Both the position numbers and the translations under genes were made by a program. A DNA stretch of 64,000 bases. Origin: Euglena gracilis. Lineage: Eukaryota. Within the stretch, counting starts at the first letter, position 1, and each line of letters opens with the position of its first letter. The notes beneath the pieces are model-generated. The model had not been told where the DNA came from and did not search any database. It worked only from the letters and a program-made list of their open reading frames with translations. Positions 29,201-41,600 of this stretch are shown here, one piece after another. Location of the stretch: assembly GCA_039621445.1 (NCBI GenBank), contig CP154954.1, positions 1,240,001 through 1,304,000 on the forward strand, written 5' to 3'.

Positions 29201-32200
29201 ATTTTCGGTGTGCATGTGTGTTTCCCTATCTTGCAAAAAGAAAGAGACACACTGCATTGCCTAATTTAAATTTTCTGAAGTCATCAGTGGGTGATTGAGA
29301 TTCCTCAAAACGAAGAAGATGCTGAAATCATGATGCTGGCAAATGAGAATGCAATTTTTTTTGGGTTTCAAGGGCGTGAAGTTATCGCCCCAGATCCCCG
29401 GTGTGCTGACGGCCCACCTCCAGATGCCCCTCCCCGACTGCCCTCCGCAGCCCGCACCTCCCCAAGACCAGCCGCTCTGTTGCGGCCTCCGCCTCCTCGC
29501 CCAAGTGTCCCACGCAGCCTGGTACCCTTGGCGCCGCCCTCTTGGGCTGTGTTTGGGCTGGACCTGGCCCATGACAAAGATCAGTAAATTGGGGGAGGGG
29601 AGGGTTGGAGGTTGGCCCCCCCGGATTTTTCTCTGTCGGGACCTTTGTGGATCCAACACCAACCACCAGGAGGGGAAGCCACTTCTCGCCATTCTTGGTG
29701 GAGGAAACAGGGTTGGGTTGTCCCCGCAGCCCACCCTCCAGGGCTCAATGGGAATCCCAGAAACCCTATGGGGTAGTGGGGGGACCACCCAACCCACCCC
29801 ATCCTCATTTGATCATTGTCATCCAAATTTGGGAAGGAGTCATTCCCAGGGCGTAGTTCAAGACAATTTGACCGGACGGCTGGATAGGAACAAATTTTTC
29901 GCTTTTAGGTGCAAAAATGGGCTGAAAATGGGCCAATTGGGCGAACATGGGAAGTTTTGGGCTGGCCATGGTAAATTTGGGGTCGAAAAATCGATTTTTT
30001 TTCACAATTGGCAGTTTTTTTTGGACATTTTTTTTCAATTTCGATTTTTTGGTACTCGCTTCGACCCTGGGTTGGGCCCAGCTCCAGCCCGGAACCCTTG
30101 GGGGGTTGGGGGACAGCCAGCAGCCAGCCCAAATTCTCTGAGATGGACCCCCCCAGAGATCGTTAAAAAAAGAAAAAATGCCTGGTCCCCCACATCAACC
30201 AGTCCAACACAGTCCTCCCCCCCCCACCCCCACCAGGGGTACGGGCCTGACGGCGGGAGCTCTGCCTCGCGGTGCACTCCACCACCTGCCTCGGCTCGGC
30301 CCGGCACCTGAACCGCCGCATCTTCGAGGCGGCGCGGCTGGAGCGCGGCGCCCCGCCCCGCGTGTTCGACGTCAGGTATGGCGGGGGAGGGCTCCCCCCT
30401 CATTCCTGCGTTGGCGACAACAATCCACCTTTTCAATTACCGGGCAGCCCAACTTGACTGCAACGCCAGCTTTTCTGTCCCACCTGTGTGTCTCACACCC
30501 CCCCCCCTTCTCCACCGACGGGGTGTGTCCAGCGACCCCCTCCTGGTGAGATGTGATCTTTTTTGATATAATGTTGGTTCTATAAACAATCACTGTGTGA
30601 ATTAATTGTTGTTTTACAAAGAAGAAATGGCACAAAAAGTGGCCAAAGATGGTAAAAAAAAAATGAACACGGCAATAAAAATGGTTAAGGATGCCAAAAA
30701 TGATGGAAAAAGTTTGACATCCCCCAAAAAGTGGTTAAAAATAACAGCAGCACAAATTTCTAGCAGCCGCTTGACATTCTGTAACGTTGCCTAAATTTAC
30801 CCAAAAGCGTCAAAAAAGGGCCAAAAAATGGCCAAAAGTGGTCAAATGGTGAAAAAAAAGGTGAAAAATTGTCTCAAATGCCATTCATATGTACAAGTTT
30901 TGTTGACCTGGCGATCCCCCCTTGGATTATGCCTGGTGCATCGGACTACCATAAGGGGTCGCAGCCACCTTGCGCCCACAGGTTCTTCACCGGCTTCCCC
31001 CGCATCGTCCGCGACAAGAACCTCCAAACCCAGTTCAACGACCTCAACGTGAACAATTTCCCAGACTTGCTGACCGTCTCCAGGTGTGCCGAATAAATAT
31101 CAGTGCCTCGCTCAGATTGGAGCAGCCAAAAGGGAATTGTTGGACAAATGGAGCTTTTCTTTGCCAACCTAATAATGTATTTTATATTGCATTTTTATGT
31201 GTGATCTATAACGGTGTGATATGATATGATATGATATGATATGATATGATATGATATGATATGATATGATATGATATGATATGATATGATATGATATGAT
31301 ATGATATGGTTGTACAACATCATGTCAATCAATAAATCCTCCCACCACCTCTAACAAGGTCATTAACCCCTCGGTTCAAGTCAAGTCCCATGCTGCTGTT
31401 TCTGATCCTGTGTCACCCCCCAAGGGTCTGGTCTGGGGACCCCAAAGGGGGGTGGTCCTGAGCTAGAGGCCTGGGTATGGGTTTCGGCGCAAAGTGCCGG
31501 ATATGCGTTTGGACGGTCCATTTGGGAGGATCTTAAACAAGTCTGCTCCACATCGCCCCCCCCCCTGCTGCTCAGGCTGGACCGCGTGGACTACGACCGC
31601 TTCCCCAAAGGGGCGGTCCGGTTCATGGGCCGCCCCTGGGAGGCCGACGACACGTGCCGCCTGCTGGCGGAGTTCGCGCGGTTCCAGCGCGGTTCCCCCG
31701 AAGGAGACCCCTTGGTGGATACTCCATCCCCCTCCAAAAAGGGCAAAAAACAATTTTTTCTTTTTTGTCCTTTGGGCAAGTTTGGCAACCTTTTGCCCAA
31801 GTCGTGTCAAAAAATGGCGTTTTAGCCGATTTTTGGCCGATCTTGGGTGCAAAGTTCTTCAGCCCAGCGCTTCGCACGGGGCATCTGTGCCACAGCTGGT
31901 GTCGCACTGCCGCAATCGAATTGGGCAAGTCACACCAACCGCACCCGGGCATGTGGAATCCATATGCCAGTGTTTATTTTTTCTCTGATTGTCCAGTGTT
32001 GGAATAAACAGGGAAAATGCCCGCATGGCCTTGGTTGTATGTTGCCCATACTGCACACAGCTTGCGGTGCGGGCAAACTTGCATATTTGGGTCCAAAAAT
32101 CAATTTTTTTGAATACTCTGCTGTTTTGAGGGCATTTTCGCAGATTTTTTTGGTAAACCCTCCCCCCAAATAATACCCCCCCCCCCAAACAATACCCCAC

Positions 32201-35200
32201 CAAGTAATACCCCCCGGTCCGACTTCGGCGACCGAGTTAATGCCCCACCCCTCCAACCGACCCGGATTTGGGTAGAAAGAGTAGGTAATAATCTCAATCT
32301 CTGACAACAAATTATGGAACAAACAACTTTATCATATTATGTACACATTTTTGCTTCGTGGTTCAAAAATCGAAGGATACGTTTACATATCCAAAAAACG
32401 TGGCATACGAAAATGCCCAACAAAGAGGGAGGAAGGATGGCGGGGTCCATGTTCAAACTAGGATCTGTATTTTTTGCTGGGAACACAAAGATTAAAAAGA
32501 GGCCATGTGTTTGACAAAATGCGAAATGGGGGCTGGCAAAAGACCCAAACCCAAACAGATGGTTAATGTGGCGATGTGTTTTTTGGACTAAGTGGGAGGT
32601 CCACGGGGGGAACGAAGGTGGTAAGCGGGAACGACTAACAAGAAAGAGAAAGAGGTGTTGCCCGATCCCAAAAGGGGAAAAGGACCAAAAGCCATGTCAA
32701 CCGACAAAAGCGTGCTAAAAAGAGTGTTGATTTTAAGAAGAATGAGGTGCAATGAAAAGATATGAAAAGCCACAAGAAAAAGAGAGGTTCCTGGAAAACT
32801 GCACCAACGAACATAAGGTGTGCTGCAGTCGTGCTCTGCCGCGTGACGTGAGATGACAAAGACATTGGGACGGGGCCAGGGAAAGAAGAAGTGGAGAAGA
32901 AGAGGCCTGGTCTGGGGTTCGCGGCAATATGGATCTGGAGGAGAACACGCATTGGGAGCACTGCAGAGCTGCACGAAGCGGGGGTCGGGGAGGAGAAATC
33001 CTCCCATAAAGCTTTTCTAAAGGCTGGGGTCCCGGGATTGGTTACTGGGGGTAAAGGAGGGGGAGCGGGCGGGGGCCGAGGGGGTTCGCCATGCCGTTTG
33101 GGGAACAGAAGGGGAACAAACAATGCTGACCGAAGGAGGTTAGATGCTAACGCGAGAAGGAAGAATGGGCTCGATGGGATCGTCGTGAGTGAGACCACGG
33201 ATGGCACGGAGCATGTGCCACGGCGGAGAGAGGCGGGGGACGGGGAACTACTAAAGAAGGATAAGTTGGTTTGTCGTGTTCGGTCAAAAAAAACGCCGCA
33301 TTGCCGGTTTGATGGATCGCAAACAGCTTCCCGAGAAGAGGACGAGTCGGGGGTCCAAAGAGAAAGAATGGAAGAATCTAGGGAGTTTTGCGTCCATAGG
33401 GATAAACATGGACGAGAGGAACCACACGATATGCAAAATCGTCGAGATGGGAGGGTAATGGCCCACCATGCACGATTTGGTGGCACGTAGTAATACAGTC
33501 CGGCGACAACCATGTATTAGTAGAAATGAATAGGTGGCCTTTCTCTGCCAATGAAATTGAAGCATCGGGCCTCCAAGGACTCTAAATTTCGTGAGAAAGT
33601 ACAAAAATGACCCCAGAAGGGGTTATGGGTTTATATGTTTTGCTATGGGACTTCGAAAAAATTCGAAAATTTTGGGTGCTATTACTATTAACCCCCCTCC
33701 CAAATAGTACCCCCTCTGGCCGGGACTTCGGGCGAAAAAAAAAACTCTGGGGGGTATCATTTGGAGGGGGTAGCCCATTTGACCCTGGCTCAGACCGAGT
33801 TTAAGCCCTCGGATCATGAGGGAGGTTCAGCCAGCAGTCTCTTTGCAGCCAGCCCAAGGTTTCCAGCCTCTGCCTGGACCCCGGGGGGTCAGTAAGCGAC
33901 GTCCTGCCTCAATGTCAAGCAAAGTCCCCAGGGGGGCACCGCCCCCCGCGCCAGAGCGGAGGGCCCCCCCTGCTGGTCAAGTTCGCCAGCAGTCGCCTCT
34001 ACTGCACCCTCCTCGCCCAGTTCCTCCACATGATGAAGTGTGCCGCCGCCGGCCACGGGGGATGGGGCTCCCAACCGATTCTCAGGCATTCGGAGACTCG
34101 AGACCAAATCTGTTTTTCCAGGCTTGGGAGTGGGCTTGTGCGCTTCGATTGGGGAGACCTTTCGCAAAGCCCCTAGTTTTTTCTTCCGGACCCCACCCAA
34201 TGAGTTCACGATAACACCCCGGGTCATCATGGGGGGGGGGTCGTTCAAACACCCCATTGCTGGGCAGCGGATTGGAGCCCCGACAAAACAGGTCCCGTCC
34301 ACCAGCTCCGGGCCAGTGCTGCCCCCTCCCTCCCCTTTTTTTCCCGCTGTGTGCACATGCCAGCCCTCCCCTCCATGAACCCACCAACCCCAAAGCCGGA
34401 ACACCTCCCCCTTCGCGGGCTGTCGCCCCCCTCCGCAGGCGGCCGGCCCAGCGCCCGGCGTGGGTGGACGTCAGCGCGGACTTCGGGACGGTGGTGCAGA
34501 CCGTTGTGCTGCGGCGGCTGGGGGCCACCGCGGACGGCGTGCTGTACGAGTGCGGCAAACGCCTCCACTTCCCCCCGGGTGTGCCCCCCCCCAAACACCA
34601 CAGGACCACCCCGGGGCTACCCTGTTGGAACCCCCAGGTTCCAGACATTCAGCCAACCGGGGGGCTGTTCGAGGGGTTTTTCCATGCCCACGCCCCACTT
34701 TTTTTGTTTTTGTTGCTTTATTTTTTGTCACCGCCCAAATTCCTGCCCCTCAGCCCCTTCTCGAATTTATTGTTTGTTTGATTCTCACCTGTAAATAACA
34801 CAAAATAGTAATGATGATGATAATGATGGCAGGGCGGTCTTTTAAGGGACAGGAAAGTTATTTTTTATTTCTTTAAGCCCCCTCTTTCGGCCAAAGGGCC
34901 GGCTGAGGGCCAGACTGGGACTTGAACAGGGGCAAAAATTAAACAGTAGAAAACACAGTTTTTGATGATTTGGGTGGATGGACAATGGTCCAAGGGTGCC
35001 AGGAATCAATTTTTTCCCTGATGTCGACCTGTTCTCGCTGAAAAATGCCAAATTGCTTGCCCATTGTATATTTTTCACTGAGTGTGCTGGGACAGCGGAG
35101 TTTTTTTTTAATTTGCTTAAAGGTCGCTCTGAATGGTGGTGGCGGCGGCGGTGGTGGTGGTGGTGGTGATGATGATGATAATGATGGTGATTGTGATGAT

Positions 35201-35552
35201 GCAATGATTTTATCACCGTGTCTTTGCAAAACCGATCTGACCTCCACAATGGAGGGCCAGGCCCCGAACAGGTGCGTTGGACCAATGGGAAATCGATTTC
35301 AGCAATTGATTGGCCTGTCCCAGTTGACCAGGCTAATCATGATTCAATTCCAACTCTGGCATTCTCCATTGTTGGCTTCACAGAGTGGAATGAGGAGGCA
35401 GAAGCCAGGAAGGCCCTGGGCGTTTCTTTCTCTCCGGGCATTCAGCTTTGATCTTTGCCTTTTTTCCCCCGGCTTGCAGCAATTGGAGTTTGCAGGACTG
35501 GCTAGCATAAATTGGGGCATGCGTTAATTAATCGGCCAGAGAAAGATTCCAA

Positions 35553-35606
<54 letters not shown>

Positions 35607-38600
35607 ATTTGCGGTGTTTCCATTTTCCGTGCCAGATAGCTTCCGCAACAGTTGTGCATTAGGCTCAACTCTCACTGTTTCTTCATGGATTTGTGTTTCT
35701 CAAGAATTCAGTCTTCCCGAGATACACCCAGGTGCGGACGGCCGAGCATTCTGCGTCGGTCCCGAGAAAGTGCTCACGCGGGCGTGGAAGACCCACATCG
35801 GCTGTGTCCTGCAGCACCACCTCACCGACCTGGGCCCCTTCAGCCTCGCTCACGCACAGATGGGGCCCAGCTGGGATGGTACTCCTCGTAAGTTTGCGTG
35901 GTTCATGGATCATGGATCCATGCACATGACCCCATGTGGCATGATGCAGGGATCCTCACAGGAACCCCCCCCCAATACACAGAAAGGCCCCACATCATTT
36001 CCTTGCCCATTTTTCCTGTGGATTTTGCATTGAATGTGCTGGGACAGCCAACTAAAATTTTTTTCCTTAAGGACCGCCCTGACCCAGACAATCACAGATG
36101 ATTTTGTGGCCGTTTTCCTGCATTCTGGTCTCCCGGTCACAAAATTGGACCTCGAAAACATCAGAGGTGTTCTCCAGAAATACACAAAAGTGAGGGCGTG
36201 TGGGTTTTATGACCTTCCACCTTTCCGCCCAGGTTGCCTGCGGAAGAGTCAATCGCTATATTGGTCTGCTGACAGGGTTTTGGCAACCCATTTAGGGGCA
36301 ATCAAGATAAAAAATCAAGGACAAATGGTTGTTTTTTCCCCTCCTGTACGTTTTTTTTTTTTTATACAGGTGTGAATAGGAACTGGGGGATCTCCAGGAC
36401 TATACTGTGGAGAAGCGATCTACTGCCACAACCGCCCAAATATGGCTACAGTGCAGAATGGAATGTGGCCTTTGACCTTTTCTGGAAACAGGAAATTCAC
36501 GGAAAATCACGGAAAATCACGGAAAATCACGGAAAATCACAGATACATTTCGGCCTCGGCCAGCACGGACGTGTGAGGATCCCTGCATGATGTCTCCGCA
36601 AGTGCACCGCCGCTTCCGGCCTTCCTGCCGTCCTCTTGTGCCGGATATTGTGTGTCTTTTCCTCTATTTTTCGAGGATGGGTTTTGGCCAATGGTGCCAA
36701 TTCACTGTCTTCTTGGTTTTTTCAGCCCTTTCCATATTGTTTCATCGATGGGGAGGGTATTAGTGAAGGTGGGGGAGGGTGTTTCCGGTGTTGGCTCATG
36801 GATCGCCACCCCGGTTCCAGCAGCAGCTACGACCCTTGTGCCGACGATGACCACCCGCTGGCCGACAACGCCGGCTGGTGCACATCACTGGTACGGCTTG
36901 CTTTTTGATGCAGTGCAGTGGGGAGGTGGCAAAATCTTTCACTGTCCCTGACAATCCAACCAGTGTGTCACCTCCAGGATGAACTAAAATCAGTAAAGCA
37001 CTTTTGGGGAGGATTAGAGCACAGTCCTTCCAGAGTCTGGGATCCCCATCAACAAAAAACAAGACGCGATGGTGCATAGTTTTTTCAGAGCAGCTGCTGA
37101 TCATATAGAAACTGTTGGAATAATGAGTTGGAAATTGACCCAACCCAAGGGATGGGTTCCCCAAGCCATTGCACAAATCCAATTGGGAATACATGCAAAT
37201 ACAGGCATTGTTTTAAATTTTCTGGTAGACATGTGTGACCTTTTTCAGTCACAAAACCCTGAGGGGGGCGGTGGGTTTTTCGGATATCATAAATCCCCAT
37301 CATCTGCAGTCGCGAATTTCTCGTTATGGGGTTTGGTGGCTTTTTTTCCTGGGGGTCCGAAACTCCGGCCCAATGATGTGTGCATCCCGTGCACTGAAAT
37401 GGGGGGGGGTGGCATGCAAAATCTTCACAGTCAACGGAATTTCTTCTTTTTTTCAAAGTTCACTTTCGCATGGGGATTCTGATGCCACAGTTTTGGCAGG
37501 TGAACCTGGGCACAGTGGGGTATGGGATGGTACGGTTTACCAAGGCGACAGGAAACATCTTCTCCGTAGACCTGGCATTGGCACCCAAGTTCATACCAAC
37601 CTCTGTCAATCAGTTCAAAAGGTAAATCCAAGGAACTCCGAGAAAGAAAATGCAAGAGATAAAGGGCAACACACAGCGGAATGTCGAAGCAAACCAACCA
37701 TAAGAAACCAATAGTCTTTTTATGTGAAGAGGAAAAGGCAGCCTTCGATTTGTGTGACCCCCAAGGGGGTCCCACAAGTAAAATGGCGGGAGTTCATGGG
37801 GTATGGTCAGGGTTACAATTTTCAGCCTAAAATTGGGCAAAAAAATATTTCTTGTCTAAATTGGCAAAAGGAAGGTTAAAGTCAAGCCCAATTCCATGGG
37901 CCAAAATTGTAACCCTAACCCAATAAGTTCTCCCCCCCGCCCATTTTAAGTGTGGGATCTTTTAAGGGGGTCCTACACGTCCGAAGCAGCTGCCCCAAAA
38001 AAAAGGTAAATTGGGGCAGAAGCGCTGCCCCAGGAGTCTGCCGCGGTGGACGCCTCATCCGATGCCCTGCAGGACTTCCACCGGTCGCCCCTGGGGCTGG
38101 CGTGTGTGCTGCGGGAGGAGGACCGCGTGTTGCTGCCGCAGTTCGACGACGGCGAGGCGGTGTCCAAGCACTCCGGCGACGAACCCGGCAACTCCCAACG
38201 GCAATGTTTCAGCAGAGCCAGGACCCAACAAATCCCAGTGAAAGAAACGCGATCCCGACACATCCTCAGTCTCGATGGCACCCGGTAGTTCTTGTGTGCG
38301 GGGATGCTTGGTGGCGACGGGGTCGAGCGCGGCCTGCATCACGGGGCGCAGTGCACTGTTCCGGCGCTACCCATATGGTGGCCGTGCAGTGAAGCGCGCG
38401 GACCAGCTGTACAAGGGACAGCCCGGGGGAACGGACTACACCACCTACGAGCGGCCGGTTGCCCCCCCAGAGAACACAGATGTCACATGGCATTTGCAAA
38501 CGATCTTCTTCCCGCCCGACGAATATATACCGAATTCAAAAGCACCAAAACAGTGAAAGATGTGGCGCAGCTCTTCCCCCCCCCACAGCTTCTTGTTCCT

Positions 38601-41600
38601 GTGCCTCGGAGTGTCCACTCTCCTCAACCCCCCCCCAACTTATAACTCCCCCCCTCGGACCGACCAACCAAACCGGGACTTATAGACCCCCTCTGGGAAG
38701 AAAAATGAAAGCCTCCGGGACGGTTTTTTCGAAATCACCCAAAAATTGATTTTTTGGCAATTTTTTTGAGACCGACCTTCAACAAAATGCCATTTTTGAC
38801 CAAATTTGCTAAAAGTCCCAATTTCGGGGGGTTTTGGGGTCAGATTTTCACCAACATTCCGGGACCTGAACCCCCCACCTATAACCCCCCTTCGGCCGAC
38901 CAACCGGGGGGTTACACTGTGCTTACTCCAGCTGTGTTGTTGCATTTGGCCTCTGACTTTGCTAGTTCGTTCAACATCTCCCCTTCCTCGCAGCTGCAGC
39001 GGAATGCGGAGAGGGGCAACTACCTCCTCTGGTGCCCAGGGCCAGCCTCGTCCCATCGGCCGGGTTTCACATAAGGAGGGTCTTACGCTTTGAGGTGGGA
39101 GTTGCCTTTCCACAACTTTCCTTTTCTTGACTGCGGCGGATTCCCCTCCCTCACCTGCCAAGGGCATTTTTTTGCTTCGACAACAGACATTCACAGCAGA
39201 AGCCTGCCTGCAAATAAACCCGTGGCGATCTGTAAAAGTTGGCAACAAAAATGACACCCCGTATGTGTATATTATACATAATGTAAATATGGTTTCTCAG
39301 GCTTCTGTTCAAGTCAGAAGCCCCCCCCCCCAGGGGGCAGAGGCCCGGACATGGGTTTCAGCGCGAAGCACCGAAAAAAAAAATTGAGAAATGCCCTCGG
39401 ACCACTCGATTTTGGGTGGTCCCCGCCCCCTCGGATTTTTTTTTTTAACAGCCTGTATTGTACATAATATATAATACATATATCGGATTTCTATAATGTA
39501 TATATCGGGGCGGCAGCAACCAGTCGCCAAAAAGCATGTCTGCAGTATTCTGAGTGAACATTCACTGCTGGACATTGGTGGGAGTATTCCGAGACACCAT
39601 AATATCTTTTCATATACACGCGATATAATCATGGTGGCTGATGATGACGATGGAATCATTTCTCAATATATTTTCATGAACATATATTCATATACCCCGA
39701 AAGTACCTTGCCCGCCCTGCCCCCGGTGCGCCACCATGCTGCACCGCGCGTACGGCACACTGCTCGCGTTCTGCACGCACCCGCCCTCTGTGGCAGCGCT
39801 GCTGTGCCTGGAGCGGACCCCCGCAGGGGCTGCCGAACCCCCCCCCCCGTCCTCCCCCCCCCCCGGGTCGGGGCCACCTCGGGAACCAGCGGATTATCAC
39901 CATGATCCCGGCCCAGTTCCCAGAATTTTTGTTTCAGTCATGAGCGGCTGGATTTCTAGTTTCCGAATCACCACTGTTTGACCCCCAACTCCCCGCCAGG
40001 CCCAAGTTATTCACGTGCGAAGGGGTCCAAATTGGGTAGGATTGGCCGGCCTGGGGGGGGGGCAGGTTGCTGCAGCTCTGTTTGATTTGGACCCTCCAAG
40101 GTCTGGAAATGACGGGAGGGATCCTGTCCAGCCAAGCACTCTTTTACAAAGTGTTAAATCACCCATTTGCTGCAATGTGAGTGACTTTGTTTTCCAGAAA
40201 AAATGTGACTGGCCTGGTTTTGGAAGAGTGGAAGTGCCCCCCTGGGGGTCAGTAAAAAATGCGTGGGTCCGACCCTCCCCCCCGGGGCCTGGCCTTGCCA
40301 GAAAGCCCAGGCCCTGGCCCCAGCTGCTGAGGGACGGCTGTGTGGTGCTGGGGCTGGAGGAGTATTTGGCCAAAAACTACGCCCTGACTGCCACCGGGCC
40401 GGAGGCGGAGAACTGGCGGGTGTGTGCCGCGACCCAGAGCAGGGGGTGTCGACCCCCCCCAAAATGGAGTTTCCGGGGTTCCTGTTCAGTCCCCCGCCCC
40501 CTTCCTGTGGAACACTGGTGGGCAAATGTCAGCACTGCATGGCAACGGTGCTGCCCACAGACCGGCGGGGGGGGAGGGATGGGGTGGAGGGCTAACCCCC
40601 TCTGGAGCATCAACAGGCTCACATAATTACCTTTTTTGCTTTATGTGGTACCAAATATGTCCACCTGTTTATGTGGTTTTTGGAAGAGATTACAGATACT
40701 CTATTGTGGGTGTATCTCTGATTTTCCGGTTGTGAAAAATATGATTTCAGTTTAATGAGTCGTCTTGAAGCAAGCCAAGAAAAAAAACAGGCACTTCTTG
40801 TATTTTCCCACGAATTTAATTTTTTTGATTAATGATTTCCAAAAAAAATCTGGAGTACATCAAATTCAAACAGAAAAAAGAAAGCATCCCCAAAAAAACC
40901 GAAATGGAAGCTGGGGATTTCCTAAACCGGAGGGTACCCTACCCCCCAGGGGGCAGGGGGGGGGGGTCCAGCAAGCCAACCAGCTCAAATCCAGCCAGCA
41001 GCCCAAATTCGGGCTGGCACCTCCCCCCTCGGGGTCGAGTGAAATAAAGTCGGGTCCAGCCCGGCCGGAAGCCGGCCGCAGGCTGGGCCAGCCGGCCGCA
41101 GGCCGGCCAGCCAACCGGGCTGCCCAGGGCACCTGCCCCTGCATTTTTCCCCCTCACCACAGCTTCCTCCATCACAGCCCCCCAGCCTTGATCTAGCTCC
41201 ATCCACCAAAATGTCGAAAATGGAAAAATTATTTTTTAGAAAATTTTGTTTTTCACCGACCCAGCCCCGCCCAGCCCCCCCCAGCCCCCCCCCCCCCCTC
41301 CCCCCAACCCCCCAGGGGGGATCCAGCCAGCCAGTTCAAATCCAGCCAGCAGCCTTTTTGCCAGCCGGAGGCTGGACCCCCCCCCCCGGGGGGCAAGCAC
41401 CTCCAGCGACAAATCCCGACAAATCCCGACAACACTTTTTTGGCCTTCTGGAGGAGGGGTTCCGACAAATCCCGAGAAATCCCGAGAAATCCCGACAAAT
41501 CCCGACAAATCCCGACAACACCGGAAAAAATTTTTTTGCAAAGCCACCAAAGGGTAAAAGGAATGGCCAGTGTTCCCAAGTGAGTGGGATGGTTTTACTT

